Positions 41,712 to 50,652 of a stretch of 64,000 nt of DNA are shown here, in pieces. The DNA lies in NCBI GenBank assembly GCA_965219955.1, contig OZ244799.1, forward strand, positions 96,001 through 160,000, read 5' to 3'. Below the pieces are notes generated by a model. The model was not told the origin of the DNA. It was given only the letters and a program-made list of their open reading frames with translations, and searched no databases. The position numbers were made by a program, and so were the translations under genes. Source of the stretch: a bacterium (GTDB lineage Bacteria > UBA8248). Positions within the stretch are counted from its first letter, which is position 1. Each line of letters opens with the position of its first letter.

Positions 41712-42164
41712 TTGCGGTTTCTCTTTTTCGATCAGATCAAGGAGGTGGTGCGCGGCGAGCGCATCGTGGGGGTCAAGACCTTTCCGCTCTCGGAAGCGTA
41801 CCTGAACGGCCATTTCAGCCGTGCCCCCCGCGTGCCCGGCTCGGTTCTCATCGAGGCGATGGCGCAGATTACGGGGTGGCTCGTGGTCTACACCCATGAT
41901 TTCAGGACTTCGTGCGTCATCTCGCTCATCGACGACGTGGAGGTGGCGAGCGACCTGCGCCCGGGCCTCTCCGTTGAGATTCATGGCGAGATAATCGATA
42001 CGAACGAACGGGCGAGCCTGTGCCGCGCGCGAATCGAAAAAGACGGCATCGCCGTGGCCAGGGCCGAGCGGTTCGTGTATCCCCACTTTCCCAACGACGA
42101 TCCCGAGAGCCTGAGGGAGCGCTTCAGGAGCTACGGCTGGCTGGCGTTCGAGGGGACGGCATGA
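41712..42164 (+). CDS. FabA/FabZ-like dehydratase
   Basis: MRFLFFD, GHF...PG..LIEAMAQ. Confidence 0.88.
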   Translation: MRFLFFDQIKEVVRGERIVGVKTFPLSEAYLNGHFSRAPRVPGSVLIEAMAQITGWLVVYTHDFRTSCVISLIDDVEVASDLRPGLSVEIHGEIIDTNERASLCRARIEKDGIAVARAERFVYPHFPNDDPESLRERFRSYGWLAFEGTA

Positions 42165-43426
42165 GCGCGCAGGTGTTCATTACCGGTCTCGGCATGGTGA
42201 CCTCCCTGGGCGCCGACGTGGAGACTTGCTGGCAACGGGCGCTGGCCGGCGAATCGGGCCTCGCGCCGATCACGTCTTTCGACGCGAAGGCGCTGCCCGT
42301 CGCCGGAGCGGGCGAGGTTTCAGAGGAGACGCTCCGCGCCATCAGGGAGAGGCTGCCCGAGGAATACGCGGCGGCGGGGGAGCGCAGGGTGTTGTTCGCG
42401 CTCGACGCCGCGCAGAACGCGATGACGGACGCCGGAATGCGCCCCGGCGATTATGCCCCCGAACGCGCGGGCGTGGTGATGGGGACCGGGTTGAGCAGCT
42501 ACCGGCTGGAGGATTTCGCCGCCTGGGCGGACCCTGAAAACGGCTTCGACGCCGCCCGCTTCGCCAGAGAGCTCGATATGACGCAGGCCTCCGGCTACTT
42601 CAACAACCCGCCCGAGCGGGCGACCTCATTGATGGCGGAGTGGTTCGAACTCGCCGGCCCCACAGGCACCATCACCTCCGCCTGCGCGGCGGCGGGTCAG
42701 GCGATTGGCATCGGGATGCGCATGATCCGAAGGGGCGAGGCGGACGTGGTTCTTTGCGGCGGGGCCGATTCGATGATCCACCCCGTCGGGATGGCCATAT
42801 TCCTCCTGCTGGGCGCGGCCTCCAAATCGAAAGCCCCCATCTGCCGCCCGTTCGACAGAAGACGCTCCGGCCTCGCCGTGGGCGAAGGGGCGGGCGTGGT
42901 GGTTCTGGAATCACAAGACCATGCGCGCGCGCGGGGCGCTGCGCCCTACGCCGCTTTGTCGGGCTACGGCGCGAGCATGGACGCCCATCAGGTGACGGCG
43001 CCGCACCCGGCGGGGCGGGGCGCCGTTCGGTCGATGAGCGAAGCGATGGAAGATGCGGGCCTGGCTCCTGATGATGTCGCCTACGTCAACGCGCACGGCA
43101 CGGGCACGAAACTGAACGATCCGGTCGAGACCAGGGCGATTCGCGAGGTGTTCGGCGCGCGGGCGGATGCGCTGGCGGTGAGTTCGTCCAAATCCATGAT
43201 CGGGCATCTCATCGCCGCCTGCGGCGCGCCCGAGTTCATCTTCACGGCCTTGAGCGTCGCGCGCGACATCGTGCATCCTACGACGTGCCTTGAGAACCCG
43301 GACCCGAAGTGCGATCTCGACTACGTGGCCGGGGGGGCGAGGGAGATGCCCGTACCCGCCGCCATCACGAATTCCTTTGGTTTCGGCGGGCAAAACGCCA
43401 CCTTGCTCGTGAGGAAGGCGGCCTAG
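42161..43426 (+). CDS. Second FabF-like ketosynthase (intact triad)
   Basis: TSACAA, HGTGT, GHLIAACG, SFGFGG. Confidence 0.92.
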   Translation: MSAQVFITGLGMVTSLGADVETCWQRALAGESGLAPITSFDAKALPVAGAGEVSEETLRAIRERLPEEYAAAGERRVLFALDAAQNAMTDAGMRPGDYAPERAGVVMGTGLSSYRLEDFAAWADPENGFDAARFARELDMTQASGYFNNPPERATSLMAEWFELAGPTGTITSACAAAGQAIGIGMRMIRRGEADVVLCGGADSMIHPVGMAIFLLLGAASKSKAPICRPFDRRRSGLAVGEGAGVVVLESQDHARARGAAPYAALSGYGASMDAHQVTAPHPAGRGAVRSMSEAMEDAGLAPDDVAYVNAHGTGTKLNDPVETRAIREVFGARADALAVSSSKSMIGHLIAACGAPEFIFTALSVARDIVHPTTCLENPDPKCDLDYVAGGAREMPVPAAITNSFGFGGQNATLLVRKAA

Positions 43427-43443
43427 ATGAGGGGTAATACGGA

Positions 43444-44196
43444 ATGAAAATCGATTTGAGCGGAAAAATCGCGCTGGTGACCGGAGGCGGGCGGGGCATC
43501 GGGCGCGCCTGCTGTACGGCCCTGGCCGAGGCGGGCGCCTCCGTGGCGGTCAACTACAGCCGCTCGGCGGAGGCCGCCGAGGAGGTAAAGGGGGAGATCG
43601 AGGCGGCCGGCGGGCAGGCGAATACCTATCAGGCCGACGTCTCCTCTTTCGAGGACGTATCGGCGATGTTCGAGCGGGTGAAGGCGGATTTCGGCACGCT
43701 CGACATCCTGGTGAACAACGCGGGCGTGATACAGGACGGCTTGCTGCTCACCATGAAGCCCTCAGGCTGGCGCAAGGTGCTCGGCGTGAGCCTGGACGGC
43801 GCTTACCACTGCACGAAGGCGGCGGGCGAGATCATGCTCAGGAAGCGCTCCGGCAAGGTGATCAGCATCTCCTCCGTCATGGGGGTTTCGGGCGGGGCCG
43901 GGCAGACGAACTACGCCTCCGCCAAGGCGGGCATCATCGCCTTCATGCGCGCCTGCGCGGCGGAGATGGGAAAGCGGGGCATCCAGTTCAACACGATTTT
44001 GCCGGGCATGATCGTCACCGACATGAGCGAGCGCGTGCGCGAGAAGGGCGGCGACGTGATTATGGGGCGCATACCGGCGGGCCGCTTCGGCGAACCCGAG
44101 GACGTGGCCAGGCTCGTGGTGTTCCTGGCTTCTGCGGAATCGGATTACATCAACGGCCAGGCGATAGCCGTGGACGGCGGCCTGCTCACGGGCTGA
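43444..44196 (+). CDS. fabG: 3-oxoacyl-ACP reductase
   Basis: TGGGRGIG, NNAG, NYASAK, GQAIAVDGG. Confidence 0.88.
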   Translation: MKIDLSGKIALVTGGGRGIGRACCTALAEAGASVAVNYSRSAEAAEEVKGEIEAAGGQANTYQADVSSFEDVSAMFERVKADFGTLDILVNNAGVIQDGLLLTMKPSGWRKVLGVSLDGAYHCTKAAGEIMLRKRSGKVISISSVMGVSGGAGQTNYASAKAGIIAFMRACAAEMGKRGIQFNTILPGMIVTDMSERVREKGGDVIMGRIPAGRFGEPEDVARLVVFLASAESDYINGQAIAVDGGLLTG

Positions 44197-44214
44197 GCGC
44201 GGGAGATTGTTTTG

Positions 44215-44631
44215 ATGCGTCTGTACCAGGGGGTGGATTTGGTGGAGGTGGCGCGGCTGAAAGAGGCCTACGAGCGTCACGAGGCGTTCGGCGAGGACGT
44301 GTTCACCGAAGCCGAGCGGGCGTATTGCTTGAAGCGCCGGAACCCCTATCCCCACTTCGCGGCCCGCTTCGCGGCGAAAGAAGCCTGCCTCAAGGCCTTC
44401 GGACTCGGCATTTCCGAGCCGGGCGGGCTGGGCGGCCGGGGCCGCCTGCGCGAGATCGAGGTGGAATCGGCGGCCTCCGGCAAGCCGACGCTCAAACTGA
44501 GCGGTTCGATGGAGCGCATGAGCGCGCGAAAGAAGATCACCCAATCCACCGTTTCGATGAGCCATACGCTGGAATTGGCGGTGGCCCAGGTGATCCTCCT
44601 GGGCGACGACGCGCCGGAAGATGCCGGCTAG
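44215..44631 (+). CDS. acpS: Holo-ACP synthase (AcpS-type PPTase)
   Basis: GVDLVE, RFAAKEA..KA, GKP, SMSH. Confidence 0.9.
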   Translation: MRLYQGVDLVEVARLKEAYERHEAFGEDVFTEAERAYCLKRRNPYPHFAARFAAKEACLKAFGLGISEPGGLGGRGRLREIEVESAASGKPTLKLSGSMERMSARKKITQSTVSMSHTLELAVAQVILLGDDAPEDAG

Positions 44632-44643
44632 GGGGTCGTTGTT

Positions 44644-45096
44644 TTGAGATACATGCTCGTGGACAGGGTGACGGCGTGGGAGGCGGGTGTCTCCATCCAG
44701 GGGGTGAAGAACGTCACCATGAGCGAGGATTTTCTGGAATTCCATTTCCCCCGGTTCCCCGTCATGCCGGGCGCGCTGCTGTTCGAGGGGCTGGTGCAAC
44801 TCGCCGGCTGGCTCGAGGCGGCAGGCTCCGATTTCACCCGGTGGATTCTTTTGGAAAAGGTTCGAAGCGTCAGGTACTATGGATTCGCCTTTCCGGGGGA
44901 TCAGGTGCTCCTGGGCGTGGAGGCGCGCGAAGAGGAAGAGGGGCTGAAACATTTCAGGGGCGTGGCCACCGTGGAGGGGGAACGCCGTGTGGTCGCCGAT
45001 TTTGCCGGAAGGGTTGCGCCGCTCGCGGATTATGAGGATCCCGAGGAGCAGCGCCATCATTTTCGCGTTCTCGGACGCGAAATTCGGTTGAGCTAG
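44644..45096 (+). CDS. Second FabZ-like dehydratase
   Basis: LVDRV, KNVT, HFP..PVMPG..LFE. Confidence 0.88.
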   Translation: MRYMLVDRVTAWEAGVSIQGVKNVTMSEDFLEFHFPRFPVMPGALLFEGLVQLAGWLEAAGSDFTRWILLEKVRSVRYYGFAFPGDQVLLGVEAREEEEGLKHFRGVATVEGERRVVADFAGRVAPLADYEDPEEQRHHFRVLGREIRLS

Positions 45097-45108
45097 GCGG
45101 GATGAGCG

Positions 45109-46407
45109 ATGCGGGGCGCGGAAGTGTGGATAACGGGCGTGGGGCTGCTGACCTCCGTGGGCGAGAGCGCCGGGGAGAACTGGGCGTCGCTCCGCGCCGG
45201 GAGAAGCGGCATCGCCCATCACCCGAGCGAGGAAAACGGGACCCTTCCGGATAACTTCTTCTACCATGGCGCAGTCCCCGGCCATCAGGACCCGCCCGAG
45301 GTGCCGCCCAAACTCGCGAGCCAGCGGAAATTCCTGAACAGAAGCTCCATTCTGGGGCTTTACGCCGCGGCCGAGGCGGTGGCCTGCGCCGGCCTCGACA
45401 TGAGCGATGTGGCGCCCGACAGAAAATCCCTCTACGTGGGTTCGGGCGATTTCACCAGGGTGGGCTACGTGGATTTCTACGCGGCGCTCAAACAGACGGC
45501 GGGCGAAGCGTGGGACGCGCCCGAGCCCGCTTCCCTCAACGAAGCGGCGCTCCACAGGGTGAGCCCGTTTTTCCTGCTCGAGGGCCTGCCCAACAACCTT
45601 TTCAGCTACCTTTCGGCCATGTACGAATTCATGGGACCGAACGGCAGTTTTTCCAGCCTGTCCTCGTGCGGCGCGCAGGCGCTCGAGAACTGCGACCGCG
45701 TGCTGCGCTTCGGCGAGGCCGACGTCGGCCTGGTCGTGGGCTGCGGGAGCTGGGCGCACCCCATGGTGCTCCTGGAACTCGACGGCCTGGGCATTCTCTC
45801 CCGGGCGAAAGAGGGGGCGGCCTCGTTCCGGCCCTTCGACAGAAGGCGCGACGGGTTCTTCCCCGGAGAGGGCGCCGCCGCCCTGGTGCTCGAGAGCGCC
45901 GAATCCGCCCGTGCGCGGGGTGCCAGGCCCCTGGGCCGCGTCCTGGGGACGGCGAATTGCCAGGAATTCTCCTCTGATCGCTATATCCCCGTTCCCACCG
46001 GAGCGGTGCGCCGTTCGCTGGAATCGGCGATGGCGGAGGCGGACCTGGCGTCCGGCGATCTGGCTTTCATCCTTCCCCACGGGAGCGCGACGCCCCAGGG
46101 CGACGCGGGCGAATTGTCCGCCTTGCTGGAATACGGCGACAAGGCGAAGGACCCGGTTCCGCTTGCCGGCTGGAAGCCTTATACGGGACACATGGGCTCC
46201 GCCAGCGATTTGGCCGAGATCGTACTGGGGCTCTGCGCCATGAAAGACGGCCGCCTTCCGCCCACGCCGGGCTTTGAGCAAAAAGACGATGCCTTCGAGG
46301 CCCTCCACATCTCCACCGAGGAATGCGCCGTCGCGGGGGCCGCGTTCCTGTCCCTGAGTCACGGCATCGGCGGGCAATCCTCCGCGACCATCGTCGCCGC
46401 ACCGTGA
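45109..46407 (+). CDS. Non-canonical ketosynthase-like protein (Ser at the catalytic Cys position)
   Basis: FSSLSSCGAQA aligned by eye to xSTACASGxxA; RPFD, GEGA, HGSAT, GHMG retained. Confidence 0.82.
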   Translation: MRGAEVWITGVGLLTSVGESAGENWASLRAGRSGIAHHPSEENGTLPDNFFYHGAVPGHQDPPEVPPKLASQRKFLNRSSILGLYAAAEAVACAGLDMSDVAPDRKSLYVGSGDFTRVGYVDFYAALKQTAGEAWDAPEPASLNEAALHRVSPFFLLEGLPNNLFSYLSAMYEFMGPNGSFSSLSSCGAQALENCDRVLRFGEADVGLVVGCGSWAHPMVLLELDGLGILSRAKEGAASFRPFDRRRDGFFPGEGAAALVLESAESARARGARPLGRVLGTANCQEFSSDRYIPVPTGAVRRSLESAMAEADLASGDLAFILPHGSATPQGDAGELSALLEYGDKAKDPVPLAGWKPYTGHMGSASDLAEIVLGLCAMKDGRLPPTPGFEQKDDAFEALHISTEECAVAGAAFLSLSHGIGGQSSATIVAAP

Positions 46408-47390
46408 GCGAATCCTCGAAACGCCCCAGGAGAAAGCGCAGCAAGGACAAGGGCGCGTTTCACCAATGGGTGGAATACGCCTTGCTCGTTTCTTTTCTGA
46501 AGTTCATCCGCCTGCTGCCCTACGGGGTTTGCCGCGCGGTCGCCGCCGTGACGGGGGAGGCGATTTTCCGGTTCGCTCCGAGGAGAAGACGCATCGCGCG
46601 CGCCAACCTGCGCATCGCGTTTCCCGAGCTCGACGAGGCGCAGCGCCTGAATCTTGCGAGGCGCAGTTGCCGCTCATTCATCCTCACCTGCCTGGAGGGA
46701 GCGAAGTTTCTCACCCGCTTCGAGTTGCGGCGCGCGGAGAAAACGGTGCGCGATATAGTGGACGGGGCGGAAGAGGCGATAGAAAAGGCGCGCGCGATTC
46801 ATGAGGATGCGGGCGGCTGCGTGTTCGTCGTGCCCCATCTGGGGAACTGGGAATACCTCGCCCATGCCGGCGCGCTGGCGGGAATTCCGCTGAGCATCCC
46901 CGTCCGCCCCCTGGACAACCGGAAGCTCGAAGCGTTGCTGTATGAAATGCGCGCGTCTTCGGGGCAGGAGATACTCGCCAAGAAAAACGCTTTCTTTCAT
47001 TTGCGCGAGGCGCTGCGCAAGGGCCGTTCGGTGGCGATTCTCGCGGATCAGAACGCGGGCGGAGAGGGGATAGACGCGCCGTTTTTCGGCAAGCCCGCCA
47101 GGACGACGCCCGCCCCCGCTGCGCTCGCCGTTCTCTACAACCGGCCCATCGTCCTGATCTCGTGCCTGAGAAAAGGCGACGCCCAGCGCTATGAGGTCTT
47201 GCTCGGCGAACCGATAGCGCCCGATATGAACGCCCAAAGCGCCAGGAAGGAAATCGAGAGGCTCACGAGGGCAATGAACGTGGAGACGGAAAACTTCATC
47301 CGAAGAGGGCCCGATCAGTATCTATGGATTCACGACAGGTGGAAACTCACCAAAAGCCAGGGTCGGGCGCGCTGGACCGATTCAGGCTGA
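46404..47390 (+). CDS. LpxL/HtrB-family lipid acyltransferase
   Basis: HLGNWE, RPLDN, ADQ, PFFG, PDQYLWIHDRWK. Confidence 0.9.
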   Translation: MSESSKRPRRKRSKDKGAFHQWVEYALLVSFLKFIRLLPYGVCRAVAAVTGEAIFRFAPRRRRIARANLRIAFPELDEAQRLNLARRSCRSFILTCLEGAKFLTRFELRRAEKTVRDIVDGAEEAIEKARAIHEDAGGCVFVVPHLGNWEYLAHAGALAGIPLSIPVRPLDNRKLEALLYEMRASSGQEILAKKNAFFHLREALRKGRSVAILADQNAGGEGIDAPFFGKPARTTPAPAALAVLYNRPIVLISCLRKGDAQRYEVLLGEPIAPDMNAQSARKEIERLTRAMNVETENFIRRGPDQYLWIHDRWKLTKSQGRARWTDSG

Positions 47391-47789
47391 GGGAGAAGCG
47401 GAGGAAGCGGTTTCTTTCAGATGCCTGAAGAAGGGAACCCCCAGTTTTTCGAGTTTCGCCTCGAGCTTTTCCGTGCAGTCGCAATCCCCGCAGACGGGAT
47501 AGCCCTCGCAATCCTCCGGTTTCCGGGCGAAGCGCACGTCGATTTCCTCGAAATACGCCTCCCAGTAGGGCAGTTCCTCGTACAACTCATAACCCGGCCC
47601 GAACGCCTCCCGGCAGTAGCAGACCTCGAGCCAGCGAACCTGGCCTTTCTCGGTGAGCCTCGCCTCTTTCATGCATTTCAGGAAGGTTCTGTGCGCGATG
47701 GAGCCTCGCCCGAGTTCGCCGGACTCGATGGCTTCGAGAAGAGCGTCGCTTTTCCCCTCGATGACTTTTCCGCGCACCAGATAACGCAT
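47382..47789 (-). CDS. Cys-rich hypothetical protein
   Basis: GGAGG RBS; WLEVCYC...EELPYWEAYF...CEGYPVCGDCDC. Confidence 0.75.
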   Translation of the reverse strand: MRYLVRGKVIEGKSDALLEAIESGELGRGSIAHRTFLKCMKEARLTEKGQVRWLEVCYCREAFGPGYELYEELPYWEAYFEEIDVRFARKPEDCEGYPVCGDCDCTEKLEAKLEKLGVPFFRHLKETASSASPSA

Positions 47790-47909
47790 GGAACCTCCAC
47801 GGGTTTTTCATGAATCCTTCATTCGATTGTAACATAGGCGATATGATTCATGTATAGATTGATGAACGCTTCGAGCTTCGAAGGCGCAAGGAGGCAATGC
47901 GAGGAACCG

Positions 47910-49391
47910 ATGAACTCCGGAACAAGCGGCGCGACGGACAAACCAATCGAGATCACCATGGTGGCGAGCGAGATGTTTCCCTTCGCCAAATCGGGCGGGC
48001 TGGGCGACGTCATCGGTGCGCTGCCTTTGGCCCTTGGGCGAATGGGCCATAAAGTCTGCGTCTATCTGCCCGCCTATCGCTCCGTAGTCCGGAAATATGC
48101 GCCCGGCTCCCCCGTGCGGATACCCGGCGTCTTCTCCGATGCGCGCTACGAGGTCTTCTCCCTCGAACACGAGGGCGTTTCGGTCAGACTCGTCGGTGCC
48201 GACGATCTGTTCGATCGGGCGGGATTCTACGGAGACGCGCGCGGGGCGTTTCCCGACAACGCGGAGCGTTTCGCCCGTTTCGCCAGAGGCGCGCTCTCCC
48301 ACATGGAGAGCGAACGAGCGCACCCGTCCATCATCCACTGCCACGACTGGCAAAGCGCCCTGATCCCGCCCCTGCTGAAGTACCACCGCGCGGGCGATGC
48401 GAAATGGAGCGGAGTCTCCACCGTTTTCACCATCCATAACCTGGCGTACCAGGGCCGCTTCCACCCGGATGACTTCGCGCACACGCGCCTGCCCGATGAG
48501 GCGATGGGTCTGGATGGCCTGGAGTTTCACGGCGACTTGAACTTCATGAAGGGGGGCATCCTGTTCAGCGACGTCTTTTCCACCGTCAGCGAGCGGTATG
48601 CGCAGGAGATGCTGACGGAAGAGCAGGGAGAAGGGCTCGAAGGGGTGGTCGTTTTCAGGAAGGACGCTTTGTTCGGCATCATGAACGGCATCGACGATGC
48701 GGTCTGGAATCCCGAAAGCGACCCGCATATTCCCGCGCGATTCTCGAGCGCGCATCCCGAAGCGAAGGCGGCGTGCAAGGCGGCGCTTCAGAAGGAACTG
48801 GGGCTGGAGCCGGACGCGGAGGGGCCTTTGTGCGTCGTCGTCTCGCGGCTGGCGCACCAGAAGGGAATCGACCTGATTCTCGAAACGATGGATGAATTGA
48901 TGGGCCTGGGCGTCAGTCTGGCGATCCTGGGAACCGGCGAGGAGGCGCTGGAAGAAGGCCTCGCCGAGGCCGCTTCGGTTCACCGGGGGCGGGTGGCGTT
49001 CGTTCCCGCCTATGACGAAGCGCTCTCCCACCGCATGTACGCGGGCGGCGACGTCCTGCTCATGCCCTCGCGCTATGAGCCTTCGGGCCTGAACCAGCTG
49101 TACGCCATGCGCTACGGCGCCCTGCCTTACGTGCGGCGGGTCGGCGGACTCGCGGATTCCGTTGCCTCATCGCCCACGCCCGACCCGGATGCGGACACCG
49201 GCTTCCATTTCGACGCTTTCGACCCGGCCGGTTTCCTCGCCGGGGTGGAGCGGATTTGCCGGGTGTTTTTGGATCAGGGCCTTTGGCGTATGATGATGCG
49301 CAACGCGATGGAGAAAGACTCCGGTTGGGACGGCGTCGCGCCCCGCTATGTCGAGTTGTACGAAAAGGCGATGCGTCCGCAGGCGCGTTGA
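47910..49391 (+). CDS. glgA: Glycogen synthase
   Basis: KSGGLGDV, HCHDWQ, TIHNLAYQG, SRLAHQKG, PSRYEP. Confidence 0.94.
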   Translation: MNSGTSGATDKPIEITMVASEMFPFAKSGGLGDVIGALPLALGRMGHKVCVYLPAYRSVVRKYAPGSPVRIPGVFSDARYEVFSLEHEGVSVRLVGADDLFDRAGFYGDARGAFPDNAERFARFARGALSHMESERAHPSIIHCHDWQSALIPPLLKYHRAGDAKWSGVSTVFTIHNLAYQGRFHPDDFAHTRLPDEAMGLDGLEFHGDLNFMKGGILFSDVFSTVSERYAQEMLTEEQGEGLEGVVVFRKDALFGIMNGIDDAVWNPESDPHIPARFSSAHPEAKAACKAALQKELGLEPDAEGPLCVVVSRLAHQKGIDLILETMDELMGLGVSLAILGTGEEALEEGLAEAASVHRGRVAFVPAYDEALSHRMYAGGDVLLMPSRYEPSGLNQLYAMRYGALPYVRRVGGLADSVASSPTPDPDADTGFHFDAFDPAGFLAGVERICRVFLDQGLWRMMMRNAMEKDSGWDGVAPRYVELYEKAMRPQAR

Positions 49392-49417
49392 GGCGCGCCG
49401 AACAAAGGAGGTGGAAG

Positions 49418-50647
49418 TTGGATTCGCAGGCTCCCCGAATCATATCCTTCGTTATGGCGGGCGGCGTGGGAAGCAGGCTCCATCCCCTGACGGCCGCCCG
49501 CAGCAAGCCCGCCGTGCCTTTCGGCTCGAAATACCGCATCATCGACTTCGTGCTGAGCAACCTGGTGAACTCGGGCTATCAGTCCATCTACGTGCTGGTG
49601 CAGTACCTCTCGCAGTCCCTGATCGATCATCTGAGGCGCTCGTGGAACATCAGCGGGGCGTTGGGCAAGAATTTCGTGACGGCCGTTCCGCCCCAGCAGC
49701 GCGCAGGCGAGTTCTGGTTCAAGGGAACGGCCGATTCCATCCATCAGAACAGAAACCTGGTGACCGACAATGCGCCCGACATCGTCCTGGTGTTCGGGGC
49801 GGACCACATCTACCGCATGGACGTGAGCCAGATGGTTCGTTTCCATCTCGAAAGCGGGGCGGACGCGACGATATCGGCCCTGCCCGCGCCCCTCGAAGAC
49901 GCCCGGGAATTCGGCGTGCTGGCCGTGGACGAGGAGGGGCGGGTGGAGCGTTTCGACGAAAAGCCTCTCCACCCGCGGCCCATGCCGGGCGATCCCTCGC
50001 GCGCTCTGTGCTCCATGGGGAATTATGTGTTTTCCTCCCATGTGCTGATGGATGCGCTTATCAGCGACGCGGCGCGTGAGGGAGAACACGACTTCGGGCG
50101 CACCGTCATCCCCGCTCTTCTGGGCGAGCGCAAGAAACTCTACGCCTATGATTTCATGAAAAACGAGATTCCGGGCGTGAAGCCCACCGAGGAGAGGGGC
50201 TACTGGCGCGACGTGGGCACCATCAAGAGCTACTGGGAGACGCAGATGGACCTCCTGGGAGAGACGCCGCGCCTCGATTTGGGCAACCCCGACTGGCCGA
50301 TTCACACCAGCGCCTACCCGGGGCCGGGCAGCCGCATCGTATCCACGCAGGTGGATAACGCCCTGATCGGAGAGGGGTGCCAGATTTCGGGCGCCCGGAT
50401 CGAGCGCTCCGTCATCGGCCGCGGCGTGGCAATCGAAAAAGGAGCGCAAGTGACCGATTCGATCATCATGGATCACACCTACATCGGGGCCGGTGCGAGA
50501 CTGGAAAAAGCGATTGTCGACAGGTTCAACCAGATCGGTCCGGGCGCTTCGGTGGTGACCCGGGAGGCTGAATCCTTCCCCGGCGCCGTCACCGATCCTT
50601 CGGGCATCATCGTCCTGCCGCGCGGGTTCACCCGGCCGGTCATATAA
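49418..50647 (+). CDS. glgC: Glucose-1-phosphate adenylyltransferase
   Basis: AGG.GSRL.PLT..RSKPAVPFG, GTAD, ADHIYRMD, SMGNY, YWRDVGT; TTG start after AAGGAGG. Confidence 0.95.
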   Translation: MDSQAPRIISFVMAGGVGSRLHPLTAARSKPAVPFGSKYRIIDFVLSNLVNSGYQSIYVLVQYLSQSLIDHLRRSWNISGALGKNFVTAVPPQQRAGEFWFKGTADSIHQNRNLVTDNAPDIVLVFGADHIYRMDVSQMVRFHLESGADATISALPAPLEDAREFGVLAVDEEGRVERFDEKPLHPRPMPGDPSRALCSMGNYVFSSHVLMDALISDAAREGEHDFGRTVIPALLGERKKLYAYDFMKNEIPGVKPTEERGYWRDVGTIKSYWETQMDLLGETPRLDLGNPDWPIHTSAYPGPGSRIVSTQVDNALIGEGCQISGARIERSVIGRGVAIEKGAQVTDSIIMDHTYIGAGARLEKAIVDRFNQIGPGASVVTREAESFPGAVTDPSGIIVLPRGFTRPVI

Positions 50648-50652
50648 ATCCC

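Noticed and set aside
43762-46377. 871-aa minus-strand ORF (also 27658-29190, 32290-33915, 2957-4210 and similar)
   Set aside because: Antisense shadows of well-supported genes, expected in high-GC DNA; no recognisable motifs
37673-47390. True ladderane or aryl-polyene pathway
   Set aside because: No radical SAM, desaturase, benzoate ligase, glycosyltransferase or MMPL genes in the cluster; only the KS/CLF architecture is shared
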